A stretch of DNA of 63,538 nucleotides, counting the filler, from Folioceros fuciformis (taxonomy: Eukaryota), in NCBI GenBank assembly GCA_049999805.1. It is 9 parts of 9 records of this genome, joined end to end, with 100 filler letters (N's around TTAATTAATTAA, not from the genome) between each part and the next. Parts side by side here need not be neighbours in the genome. Positions count along the whole stretch, not along the records: positions 1 to 19,112 come from JBNGIO010001112.1; 8 more parts are not named here. One strand, given 5' to 3'. The notes under the pieces are model-generated. The model did not search any database. It saw only the letters and a program-made list of their open reading frames with translations, and was not told the origin of the DNA. Position 1 is the first letter of the stretch, and each line of letters starts with the position of its first letter. A program made the translations under genes and the position numbers. This document shows, piece after piece, positions 1-12,140 of this stretch.

Positions 1-2014
1 CGGGGGATTGGGGAAGAACGAGCAGGGGCGGGCTACTCCGATAGAGGCCAAGCTGCGGCCCAAGAACATGGGCATGGGGTTTAATGACTTCAAGGAGGCG
101 GGGACGGGGCTGCCGGCGCCGCCCACGGCGGAGCAGCCGGATGAGAAGGTCAAGGATGTCAAGGCCAAGGCCAAGGACAAGGCCTGGTCCAAGAAGAACC
201 AGGGGAGGAAGCGGCACTACGTGTCGGCGGCGGAGCTGCTGGTGCAGAAGCAGGAGAGGGGCTTTGATAGTATGCAGACTGTGCTGGACATGCGAGGACC
301 GCAGGTGCGGGTTTTGACCAACCTGGAGAATCTGAATGCGCAGCCTGCTGTGGAGGATAGGGATACTCCCTTCCCTGAACTGCAGCATAATCTGCGGCTC
401 ATTGTGGATCTTGCCGAGGCTGACATCCAGGTGTGTGACCGCAAGCTGAGGCACGAGAAGGATACTGTCATATTGGTGGAGAAGGAAAGGGTTAGGTTAC
501 AGGCGGAGGCTGATCAGCAGAGGCAGCAGATCGAGTCCATGGAGGCCATCATGGGTGCTGTGGACCATATTCAGCAGTGTGCTGTGTCCGGCAGCATGAC
601 TCTGGAAGAGATTGCGGCTTCGTTTCAGGCTTTGCAGGTCAAGCATAAGGAGGACTTCAAGATTTACAATGTGGGAATCATGGCTCTGGCTGTGGCACTG
701 CCGCGCATGATTGCTCACTTCAGGGGGTGGGAGCCATTCAAGGATCCTTTGCATGGCACGGACATCGTGCGGCTGTGGCGACGGGTGCTCGTAGGGGATG
801 ATCCCATGGATGTTTCCATCTTTGCTGATGTGGAGGGTCCGTATGCTGCTTCGCACTTCAACCCCTATAACCACCTTGTGGCAGAGGCTGTGCTGCCGGC
901 TGTGAGAATGGCTGCGGTGAATCGGTGGGAGCCCCGGGACCCAGAGCCCATGTTGCGGTTTCTTGAGGCCTGGGACAAGTTGCTTCCCCCACCTTTGTTG
1001 CAAGATGTTTTGGAGCATCTTGTCATGCCCAAGCTCACAGCTGCAGTGGATGCCTGGGATCCGCGGGTGGAAACGGTCCCCATCCACGCGTGGCTGCACC
1101 CTTGGCTGCCTCTGCTAGGCACGAGAATGGAGCCTTTGTACTTGCCCATCCGTTTCAAGTTAGGGAGTGCACTGCAGGCGTGGCACCCTAGTGATACCTC
1201 TGCTTTGGCTCTCTTGTACCCTTGGAAGACGGTGTTCGACCCTGCCAGTTGGGAACAGTTGCTTGTGAGGTCCATCTTTCCTAAGCTCATGTATGCCCTT
1301 CAGGAGCTGGTGATCAACCCGGCGCGCCAACAGTACGATCAGTTCAACTGGGTCATGGCATGGGCTTCCGCTGCTCCCGTGCACCACATGGCAGGAATGC
1401 TCGAGGTGGGGTTTTTCCCAAAGTGGCAGCAGGTCCTTTACCATTGGCTTTGCTCCAGCCCCAATTTCGATGAGGTGACGCAGTGGTTTCTGGGTTGGAA
1501 GTCACTGCTGCCTCCACAGCTGTCAGCCAATGAGAGGATCGAGAGGCAGTTCAATATAGGTTTGGACATGATGAATCAGGCAGTGGACGGTATGCCGGTA
1601 GCGCAGCCGGGAGCCAGGGAGGCCCTGAGCCAGCTGCGGGCGGGCCAGCAGCAGCAGCAGCAACAACAGTACGAGTCACAACTACAGCAGCCAGAACATG
1701 CTTCCACCAGCTATGCACAACAGCGGGCAGCTCTTGTTGAGCTCATGGAAAACGGTGGTGCAGGTGCCACTGACATTAGGAAAGCAGATGTGGAGTATTT
1801 TGCAGAGCAGAATGACATCCCTTTTGTGCCTAAAGTGGGTCGGATGCACGAAGGTCTCCAGGTGTACGGTTTTGGATCTATTAGCATGTGTTTAGACACC
1901 TCACACCAGACACTTCCAGTTCTTGCACTGGTTGGCGATCGATGGAACCGTGTATCTTTAGATGAGCTGCTGGAGATGCACCGTTCCAAAACTGGAGGAA
2001 GCCGATGGAAGTGA
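1..2014 (+). CDS. TFIP11: Tuftelin-interacting protein 11 / STIPL-type spliceosome disassembly factor (G-patch + GCFC domain), 5'-truncated
   Basis: Uninterrupted frame starting in the G-patch tail (GLGKNEQG...RPKNMGMGF), then DMRGPQVRVL, PELQHNLRL, IHAWLHPWLP and EVTQWFLGWK. Stop TGA at 2012-2014. True start lies upstream of the window. Confidence 0.93.
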   Translation, partial: GGLGKNEQGRATPIEAKLRPKNMGMGFNDFKEAGTGLPAPPTAEQPDEKVKDVKAKAKDKAWSKKNQGRKRHYVSAAELLVQKQERGFDSMQTVLDMRGPQVRVLTNLENLNAQPAVEDRDTPFPELQHNLRLIVDLAEADIQVCDRKLRHEKDTVILVEKERVRLQAEADQQRQQIESMEAIMGAVDHIQQCAVSGSMTLEEIAASFQALQVKHKEDFKIYNVGIMALAVALPRMIAHFRGWEPFKDPLHGTDIVRLWRRVLVGDDPMDVSIFADVEGPYAASHFNPYNHLVAEAVLPAVRMAAVNRWEPRDPEPMLRFLEAWDKLLPPPLLQDVLEHLVMPKLTAAVDAWDPRVETVPIHAWLHPWLPLLGTRMEPLYLPIRFKLGSALQAWHPSDTSALALLYPWKTVFDPASWEQLLVRSIFPKLMYALQELVINPARQQYDQFNWVMAWASAAPVHHMAGMLEVGFFPKWQQVLYHWLCSSPNFDEVTQWFLGWKSLLPPQLSANERIERQFNIGLDMMNQAVDGMPVAQPGAREALSQLRAGQQQQQQQQYESQLQQPEHASTSYAQQRAALVELMENGGAGATDIRKADVEYFAEQNDIPFVPKVGRMHEGLQVYGFGSISMCLDTSHQTLPVLALVGDRWNRVSLDELLEMHRSKTGGSRWK

Positions 2015-5000
2015 ATTATATACACGTTTGTTTGGCAAATATCGTCAGTGAGCATTCGGATGGCAGCTAGTGGAGGGACAGGCACAGCCAGCGGAGGTTA
2101 TTTTCACTTCGTAAGTACCTGTTTCTTTTTGTTTATTCGTTACTGAATGTCTCCGTCTCCGTGGCAGTGTGGTGAACCATCCAAGTGTGGTGCTCAATAC
2201 CTGTGCCTTTGAAATGTGTAGATTGAAGACCTTGGTGACAGCGATCCGCGTCTGGCGGTGATCCAGGCTACACGTGAAGCCCGCTGCCCTGATCTGCTGT
2301 GGCGAATGTATTGAGTGTGCAGGCCGGTCCGCTCAACTCAGACTTGGCAAAAGTCACATGTTGCTTCCTTGTGCACAGTGTGTGGAGAAGGGGACGACGA
2401 CGGTGATGTTTGGCCATATATGCAGTGTGATAACGTCAGTGGTGTGTAAGTAAGTCCTGGCGAAGTCGACCCATGACTGAAACTGGTCACCAGTTTCCTT
2501 CCATATACGTAGATGACCCTCTTGAGAGCGCACGTGAATTTGGGGTTTGCGATTCTTGCCATGAGGCAGCAACCAACCTTATCCTGGGACCACCTACTTT
2601 TCATTATGTGACGAGAGTAAGCAACGATGCAGTCCCAACCATGTATGTGCATGACGTGTTTGTTTCTTTTTCTTCAAATTGAGTCGAGTGACTGACGTTG
2701 GTGGTGCTCACACTTAGTGTACATTTGTAGTAGTTTCCGGGGTGGAGGGGGAGGTGGCCAAGTCTGTGTAACGTGATGGTCTTACCGTGGAATCTTTTCC
2801 AGGTCTGTGCAGATGATGGTATGATGCTGGTGTGACGGTGGCACAGGCTTGTACATACATGCCTGCAGAATATAGTTGGACGGGGTTCCGTCGGGCAGTT
2901 TTTTTAGTGGCCGCAGAAATAATCCTGACAGGAGTTTGTATATGTGGCACACGTCCGTCCAAATGGGATGCCTAATTCGCATCCCAAGGCAGAAAGTGAT
3001 GCATCATATCCGTCCAGGCAGCACCCCTGACCTGGCTGCCTCCACTTTGTGACTGTTGACATTTTCCTGGGCGTGGCGTGCTTGCATTGCAGTCTGTCTC
3101 CCTCTCCCACATTTGGGCTTCCGATGCAAGTCTGTGGCAACGCGGCTAGGGAAGGACGGTCGCCATCCTTGGTGGATGTTCCTCAAGCGTCCGAAAGCGT
3201 GCAGCATGAGCAGGGCCTGGTAGTGTAGTTACTCTACACTCATCGGTGCAGCTACTTGCGTGCTTACCCACTCAGGCATCCATGTGGGTTGGCCTGCAGT
3301 GCATTGTCCCAGTGTCACAGTAGTAACGCCGCTGCTGTGTGTATAAAGTGAGCAGGAGGCGTATGAAACGGAACTGTTGGAGAGTCCACTCGCAGTGGAA
3401 TGTGGTTGGGTGTCGAGGATGATCCTCAGCCTACGAGTCTATCCTGTTTTTGGAAGTACGTGCCCAAGGAATTAGGTGAATGGGTGTAGGAGCCATGAGA
3501 CTGGGTGTGGTGTGATGATTTGTACATGTACTTGGCTCAAGCAAGGGCAATTGTTTGGGAGCGGTTCTCGCATTGCATTGGCGGAACCTGAGGATGTGCG
3601 TTCCTTGCCGGGTTCCTGGTGGGCGCGCCTCCTCATCCTTGGTATGTCATCTTTGGTATGTCTGTTTGTGCGTAAGAAATGGAAGTGGAGTGGAGCTAAG
3701 TGAAGGAAGGAGAGGAGAGGGAAGGGACGGGAGAAAGAAAAGAAAGGGAAGGGAAGGAGAAAGAAAGGGGGAAGTTTTGAAAAACTGGTATGAAGGTGAG
3801 CAGAGAAAGGACAGAGAGGTATGATGCCGCCATAAATGGGTGAGGGTGCAGCAGACTCCATCAGCTGAAGCTCCGGTCCAGCTCCATTACCGTATCTACT
3901 ACATCGGGTAGAGAATCCACATGGGGAATGAAGCCGACCCGACTACTCAGTCCCAGTCATGACGCACTAAAACTCGCAGTCCGAGTTTCCAGACTTCGTC
4001 TCCTTTCTTCCCCCTGAGTCCCATCCCCTCCCCTCACCTTGCTGTCTGTGTCGCATGCTTGGTGGATGATTGAAGGAGGCGAGCAAAGCAGAAGAAATCA
4101 AAGCAAAGCAAAGCATTATTGGGGGCTGGAACTGGACAAGCCCAAGTACCGACCTCCCATACACACTGACATTGTTATCCCACATAGTGGTTACCTTACC
4201 ACCTCCGATGCGGCTGTAGAGGGCTGCGCAGGGCTGCAGCCTGAGTGATGACAGAGCACAACGTAAAGGAATGTGCTGGCCCGGGATGAAGTTTAAGTAC
4301 GTGTATAACTAACTTCCTTACCCAACACGTTGAACAAGGAAAAATGAAGTACCGTGTACAGCGCCGTGGCGTACTGTACAACGGTCTTCACAAGCCCCAG
4401 CACAGCTGTACAGTGCAATATATGTATGTGCTACATACATACAGACATACATACATAGTTGTTGCTGGACAGCTAATGACATGGCATGGACATGATGGAA
4501 CGGCTTGGCTTTGCTTTGCTTTAAAAGAAGAATGCACAGACTGTCGCATGCATTTAGTTAGGGAGGGGACGGTGGCAGGCTGGGAAATTAAATTCACAAA
4601 ACGAAAGGTGGAGGTTTTGCGCCACGGGACATGGTCCCATGGACTACCATGAGGTTGTGGCGTCCAGAGCAGCCCGGCCCGCCGCGCGCCGCTGTCCTGG
4701 TAGTGCTGCAGGCAGGGCAGGTTTTTGAGACGTGATAGGGGCATTGCAGTGCAGTTTTACATACCGCCAAATTAGGCGAAAGAAACGGAACGGAACGGAA
4801 GTGAAGGGAAAAGAAAGGCAAGGAAAGCGGGCCCCACATGGCAAAAGGGCGCCCAACGCAGCTTACACTCACTCAAGGCAAATCGGCAGACACGGACAGA
4901 CAGAACGCAGACACAGACAGATAGCCAGACACATTCCAGCGCTTCCTGCGACCCCGCCCTGGCCCCCGCCTCCGGATGCCCTGCTCTTCTCTGCTCTGCA

Positions 5001-5689
5001 CTGCTCTGCTCGGTGATGTCCATACCATACCATTCCATACATTCCATCCCCATACCCATCCGGGAATGTCGGTCAATGTGGACTACTGGACCGCTCTGCG
5101 TCTCTGCGTCTGCCATTTGCCAGCGCCCGCCACTCCTCAGTCATCACTCCATGCCTGCCTGCCTCTCCACCTCTCCACACCAAGCTCTGGGCCTGGCCTG
5201 GCCTGGCCTCCCCCTGCGCTGCGCTGCGCTGCCCTGCCCTGCCCACTTTCCTCCCGTCTGCCTCGCCTGAGCCTTCGGCTTCTGAGAGCGTGCCTATTTT
5301 GAGAGTGAGATGGATGACTTTAATACAAGCTGCTGCTGCTGCAGCAGCAGCAAGTGTTTGCTCTCGCTCTGGAGCACCCTCAGCCTCAGCCTCTGCTCCG
5401 GCCCCAGCCTCTCAGCTTCCCAGCCTCTCATCAGCCTCTCATCAGCCTCTCAGCAGCCTCTCAGCAGCCTCTCAGCCTCCCAGCCTCTCAGCCTCAGACT
5501 GTTTGTGAGAGAGATTGGAGGGTTTTAGCACACGCTGCTGCAGCAGCTTTAGCCGCTGGTCCCGCTCCGCCCACGCCTACGCGTCGTCACCTTCGCCTCC
5601 TCCTTGGTACCTACCCGCTGCTGCCCTACCCCCCTGCCCCGCCTCTCTGCTGCCGGGGGACGACGGCCCTCCACTGGACCCGACCGGAC

Positions 5690-8600
5690 ATGACCATTCC
5701 CTTCGACGCGGGTTCTCCGCCTGCAGGCTCCAGCCTCAAGGATGGAAGCGCCCATCTCGCAATGACCCATTTCTACCAGACATTTGACCATATATTCCAA
5801 TCCGCTGCCGAGCAAGACTCCCCTCTCGACTCCGCCACGCTGCTCCAACCACCGGGCTCGGGCATGATCACCTTGGATTTCAATACTGTGGGCCAAGGGA
5901 CGGACCTGCTCCACTCCCACTTTCAACTGCTGCAGGAGGACCACCCGCCGCACAAGCAGGTGCAGCAGCAGGAAGACCAAGAGGAGGAAGACCTGGAGAA
6001 GAAGGAGAAGGAGGTGGAGCTGGAGCCCGAGCTGGAGCTGGAGCTGGAGCTGGAGCCCGATATTGGGCTGGAACGCCACTCCTCCAAGCCGCAGCCCGTT
6101 TACAACACCAGGATTGGAGCCGCTCTGCAGCGTAACATCACTGCCTGGTTAGTAGTACCCACTCCCACTCCCTGTCGTGGGCCGCGTGGGGCGGCATTGT
6201 CTGCTGCTGCCATGTCTCGTTTTCCTCCTTGTCGTGTCATGGGGCCACAGGCGCCTGCGCGGGATTGGGTCTGTGACTATGAAATTCAAATTTTCTTGGG
6301 CCGGTCGGATTGCTTGGGCTGATTGCCTTGCCCTCCCCCCGGTGGAATGCAGGTGCGAGGCTACTGGCCTGCCCACCAGCATCACGCTCTATGTGGGAGA
6401 TCGTGTCTTCAAGCTTCACAAGGTATGGCTGTACACACATGCAGTGTGTTGCGTGATGCAGCGCCCATGTGGTGCCACATGGGGTGGCGGATGACGGCAA
6501 GACGCTCATTTGTGGGACGCTTGTGTGCGTGCAGTATCCGCTCGTGTCCAAGAGCGGCTACCTCAAGCGGATGCTGGCGGAATCCAAGGAGCTGCACCTG
6601 CCCGCTGACTGCCCGGGGGGAAGCGACGTGCTGGAGCTGGCGCTCAACTTCTGCTACGGCTCCACCATCCTCATGGACCCCTCCAACGTCGCCGCGCTCA
6701 GGTGCGCCGCCGAGTTCCTGGAGATGACCAACCAGTACGGCCGAGGGAACCTGTGCGAGCGCAGCGACGTCTACCTCACGCAGGTGGCGTTGCAGAGCTG
6801 GGAGGACACCGTCATGGTGCTGCTGCAGTGCCACTCGCAGGCCCTCTTGCCCATGGCCGACCACCTGCGCATCGTCTCCCGCTGCGTGCGCGCGCTCGCC
6901 CGCATGGCCGCCCTGGAGCTCATGGATCCTGCGGAGCGTGAGCGTGAGCGGGAGCAGGAGCAGGAGCAGGAACGGGAGCGGCAGCGGAGCAGCAGCAGGG
7001 GTAGTGGCAGTGGCAGTGGCAGTGGCAACCAGTTTTGGCGGGACTTCGGGGCCAGCAAGCGCATGGCTATGGCCGCCTCCTGCTGCTCCCGGGACTGGTG
7101 GGTCAAGGATCTCCTGTGCCTGCCCTTCGGCCTCTTCGAGCGCGTCGTGGCTGCTATGCGGGAGCAGGGCATGGAGGAGCACCACGTCACCCAGGTCGTG
7201 ATCAAGTACGCCGAGAAGCACGTGTTCCAGGCTATGGATAGGGAGTCTACGGACGACGCTGGGATTGTGCCGCAGCTTAAGCGCGGCTTGGTAGAGGGGA
7301 CCGTCAGGTTGTTGCCTCCTGCTGCTGTCCCTGGTTCTGCTGCGGAGGAGGAGGAGGCGGGAGAGGAGGATGAAGAGTGTGGTGGTCGCGGGCTTGGGGA
7401 TTTGGTACCGGTGGGCTTTTTGTTTGCTCTGCTGCGCTGTGCACTGGCGTGTGAGGTGCACCCGAGGTGCCTGGCGCAGCTGGAGAGGATGATTGCTGCT
7501 CAGCTGGAATGCGCCACCATCAATGACTACCTCCTGCCGTGCAAGGCTGCTGGGGCCTTCCAGCAGACCAGTGTGGCCGCTGCGTCTGAGCTCAAGAGCA
7601 TGCACCGCATTCTGGGTCTCTTCCTCTCCCGGTGGCAGCCCCGTCACCGCCACCTGCACCAGCACCAGTACCAGATTCAGCTCATGCAACAGCATGGACC
7701 TGGGCAGAGGGCTCTCATGAAGGTGGCCAAGGTTTGGGATCAGTACTTGGGGGAGATCGGTGCTGATGCTGGGCTCACTGCTGGAAGGTTTCTGGAGCTG
7801 GCCGAGGTCATTCCTGCCTCTGCTCGCTCCAGCCATGATCTGCTGTACAAGGCCATTCATGTTTTCCTCAAGGTAGGCAACCATGGTGAGGCATTCGGTG
7901 CAACTTGGTGGTGTTGGGGAGTGTGTGGGTTATGGGCAGTGGCTGGTTTGGGAGACTGCTTGGGATCTTGATGGGCTGTGGAGATAGCAGTTCAATGCCG
8001 CAACGCAGTTCGCTGTGCATTGCATGATGCATTTGGTGGTGTTGGGTTGCTCTGCGCATTGTGATGAAGGCACAACAGTGTGAGTGACGGGTGGAGGTGC
8101 GCGCATTGAACTCCTGCAGGCACACCCCAGGACCACAGAGGAGGAGAGGTCGAACATGTGCCGCATGCTCAACTGCCAGCGATTGTCCCAGGAGATGTGT
8201 TCCCACGCAGTGCAGAACGAGCTGATGCCGCTGCGAATGCTGGTGCAAGCCATGTTTCTGCAGCAGCTGCAGACGCGGAACACGCTGTGCGAGCATCTGC
8301 AGAGCGTTTCCGCGTCTGGGAGGCTGGACAGCAGGGTGGTCGGGCTGGCCACTGCGTCCTTCCGCAAGAGCAACGTGGCGCAGCAGCTGCAGCAGGCGAT
8401 GCAGCAGGATGCGCAGGAGGAGGAGGAGCACGAGGAGGAGGTTGCTGCCCATGCTGCTAACAATGCATCCATGGCATCTCCGGGGCCTCCTCAGGAATGG
8501 AGGGTGTTGCCGCACCAACAGGCGGCTCTGCTGAAGGCGGATTACGAGGCCACGTACTCCAGGCTCCGGAATCTGGAGGAGGAGCTGGCCCGTATGCGGC

Positions 8601-9136
8601 ACAACCTGGAGGCGGAGACGGGCAGTCAGTGCGGGCAATGGCCGGAGCAAGGGCATCAGCGGCAGGAAAGTAGCGACACACAGTGCAGGAGTAGTAGCGG
8701 TAGGGATCTGTACCCTGGTGTTGGAAAGTCTGGTAGGATGTCCAAGAAGGAAGTTCAAGGTCAGGGCGGAAGTGGTAACGGTAATGGCAGCAATAGCAAT
8801 AGTAGCAGTGGGTGCCTGGGACACAGCGGCCTGGCTCTCAGCTTCTCCAGGACGCTGCACCGGCTGGGCCTGACAGGAGGAGGATCCTTCTGGAAATCCA
8901 GCAAGAGCAAGAAGAAGAGCAGCAACAGCTCCAGGCCCGAGCTTGACAACAATGCAGGAGCAGGTCCAGCAGCAGCAGCGCCTTCTGTAGGATCTCCGGA
9001 GTGGGTTCCAACGTCGTCGTCTTCCCTGTCCCAGCTTGGCGCGAGGAGCAGCTCGATGCGGTACTCCTCGACATCCACTGGCTTTGGGTCTTCAACGACC
9101 AGGCCTCGCAGCAGGCGCACCAACTCCATCGCTTGA
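5690..9136 (+). CDS. NPH3/RPT2-like (NRL) BTB/POZ + NPH3-domain protein; exons ~5690-6147, 6353-6422, 6535-7872, 8120-9136
   Basis: BTB motifs VFKLHK/YPLVSKSG/PGGSDVLELALNFCYG/AALRCAAEFLEMT. NPH3 motifs WWVKDL, HDLLYKAIHVFLK-AHP, LNCQRLSQEMCSHAVQNELMPLR. C-terminal coiled coil. GT-AG boundaries join in frame, including the short ...LHK exon typical of NRL genes. Start codon is a best guess. Confidence 0.9.
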
Positions 9137-11313
9137 CGAAAGCCAAGCGTCGCCCACAGCATCCACATTTCTGTACAGTACCTCTCGAAGCAGCTGTCTG
9201 GAGTGAATGTCGGTGTAGCAGGTAGTTCCTGATAGACTGAGCAAGTGGAGGCGGCGAGTGGGATGGAGAGAGCTTCTACACTTTGGATCGATAATCGAGT
9301 GTAGGGCCTCTCTCACGCCCCTTCCACCAGTGCCAGTCACAGCCACAACACAGCCGGCGCCCGAGCCTGAGCCTTGTCTTGCGTACGTGCTTGACATCCA
9401 GGGTAAATTATCTCTGACCACCAAAGTTCAGTCTTCTGTGAGAGGACGTTTCCATGCAGTGATGCGTAAGCGAAGATAATCTGATAGATCATCTGACACC
9501 CGTGTAATGACAAAACAGAAGAACTGCGGCAGGAGGCACTGACTGGATGACCGTCCGTCCGTTGCTGGACCTGGATGTCTGCCACTGCCACTCGCACATG
9601 GCTACAAGGCAGGCCGCCCACTGCCCAACCACACTGCTGGAATGCTATCAACATTGGCCCGGGATGCGTTGCGCAATGTGTGTGTACAGTCGTTGCGTGC
9701 TTGCCTTTCGATGCCGGTGCATGCAAAGCCAGACTGAGTCCCAAATCTAGCTTCTGTCTTCGTCGCAGAGCCAGTTTGCAGGCTGTGCATGTTCAAGCAG
9801 TGTGATACTAAAACGTAAAGCTTTCAGCGTCGCAAGGTTGGGCCACAGTTTGTGCCTCCGGGGAGGCCAGGCAACATTTTTGTATTGGTAAGTGGGCACA
9901 GTCTGGGCTCCACTTCTGGCAGCAACAGTTACCCACAAAACTCCTGTGTGTGTGTGTGGATGTCTGTTTTCCTGTGTCTGTGTCTGTCTGTAGGGGAAGA
10001 CGATACGATGCGATACGATACGATTCGCCGCTTCCTCCTCCTCCAACTGTTGATGTGAGATGAGGGTCGGAGGCGGAACACATCCCCAGAGAGACTCAAA
10101 CCGCATTCCGTTGTTACAAACATTCATCGTTGCAAAAAGATCCTTGTCGGCAGGTCAGCATTCCAGGCTAGTCTAGTCATGTAAATCATTCCCTGTTTCC
10201 CAGAACGGGAGACTCCACACACCCACCGTCATATCTGCAAATATGATAAAACACATGTTTGCTGCATGCCTGGGGCTGGGGACCTCCAGTTGCACAGACC
10301 GAAAAAACAAAACAAAACAAAAGCTGTGCTTGTCAGGAGGCCACGGCTCCGCTTCTTCCCAGGAATCCCCATCCCAGCCTATCCAGTGACGGCATTTCAT
10401 TTCAGCCCAGGCAGGTCGGGACTGGGACTGGGACTAGGGCTAGGCAGTCTCCCATTCCCCGCCGTGCTTTGCGTTCCTGCGTGTCGATTCATCAGGGCAA
10501 CAGTTCTCGAGGTTGACGATTCGTATGTCGAAACAGCTCCTCCCGGAGTCCCGGGCTGGTGTTGCTGCTGCCGCCACCATCCCATCCCGAATTGATTGAT
10601 TGATTGATTCATGGATTGCGTGACGTGTGTCCCTCCGTCTTCTCACGTCAGCTCATCCGACGGTGCGTGATTTGTGCGCAACTCTTTCCTCACCATCCTA
10701 CAAGCCGCAAGCCCCATGGGAGTCGTGTAACACGCAAATGCACCTCATATAGTTGAACGGCCAACCAACATGTTCGGACGCGATGCAGCCCACCAAGACA
10801 TTGTAAAATGTAAAAGCGGTGGCCACCACAAGACGAACAGACGCACGTTACTGGCAGCGCACTGGCTCCTCTCCTCCCATCCTGCTAATCACGTCTCTTT
10901 GCCTCCCTCCCCAGCCTATCAAGCTTAGCGAATTCCTTGGGTCCCGATTGGGCCTGCCCTTCACTGGACCCTAGTACGTGCTGCCCCAGCCTTATCCACC
11001 AAGCCCCTTTTCCTTCTTCCTCCTTTACAGATTCCATGGGATTCCATCGCTGCCCAGTCATTCATTCCTTGATGAATCTGCCCTCCTTCAATGATCCAAC
11101 CCAACAGCCGCACACAACACATGTATTTGTCGCTCCATATTCCACACCATCTTCTTGTACCATAACAAATCGAAACCCACCTGGATAAATTTCTTCAAGA
11201 TTCTATTAATTATTAAATTATATATTAATTCTAGACACATGCAACAACTTGGTTGCAGAGCTTAGTAGTCAACTATATCCTACTCCTCCTCTTTTCGTCA
11301 TTCCATGAGTCAG

Positions 11314-11354
11314 TTTAGGGTTTAGAGTTTAGAGTTTAGAACCCTAAACCCTAA
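11314..11354. repeat. Short interstitial telomere-like repeats in inverted arrangement
   Basis: TTTAGGG TTTAGAG TTTAGAG TTTAG joined to AACCCTAAACCCTAA. Confidence 0.6.
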
Positions 11355-11649
11355 TTAAGGTAAATATAAATGAATAATTAAGCTTCAATCGATCAACATG
11401 AGTGCAGGTGGAACCAAAGCCACTTGTCCCGTATGAAGGGACAAGTAAGTTCTCCTTCTTAGTCTTGGAATCTATATATTTATTGAACTGTCCACAAACT
11501 AATTATGTAGGCATATATTATTATTATTTTATAAAATATAAAAATCAGATGAAGATGAAGACGTATAGATGTTGGAGACACAACTATGCAACACCGCAAA
11601 GCCGGGCAGGGCAACTGTTGTTTGATTGCCTCGCACACGAAACACCAAA

Positions 11650-11822
11650 GGAAGCAAGCAAGCAAGGGACCAAGGAGGCAAGCAAGGGACCAAGGAGGCA
11701 AGCAAGGAAGGAAGGAAGGAAGGAAGGACGGAGGAAAGGAAGGAAGAAAGGAAGGAAGGAAGAAAGGAAGGAAGAAAGGAAGGAAGGAAGAAAGGAAGGA
11801 AGGAAGAAAGGAAGGAAGGAGG
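11650..11822. repeat. (GGAA)n/(GCAA)n polypurine microsatellite upstream of the invertase
   Basis: Directly visible. Confidence 0.9.
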
Positions 11823-12140
11823 ACCAAGATGAAAGCCGAATCGAAGGGCTACGTAAGCGGCCCCACTAGCAGCGATTTATGTGTGTAGACTGGCTCATGC
11901 CACTTTTTGTTTCACCTCGCCAAGCTTTCCAACACTTCCAGCGAAAGCATCACAGCAGCAGCAGCAAACAGGGAGACTCGTTCCATTGCTTTCGTCAGCC
12001 TTCTTCCTCCTCCTTCTTGCTGCTGCTGCTGCCGTGGGAGTGCAATTGCGGGAGCGCCCATCGTTATCGTCGTCGCCATCGCCATCGCCACCGGCTTGCT
12101 GTTGTTGCCATTTTGGATAGGATCGCCAAGATCGCGCTTT

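Noticed and set aside
6409-8860. Long antisense ORFs (491 aa, 330 aa) opposite the NRL gene
   Set aside because: Shadow frames of GC-rich coding sequence with no recognisable motifs. The same applies to antisense ORFs over TFIP11 and the PPR gene.
11402-11888. Lys/Glu/Arg-rich ORFs (also at 40084-40275)
   Set aside because: Translations of polypurine microsatellites.
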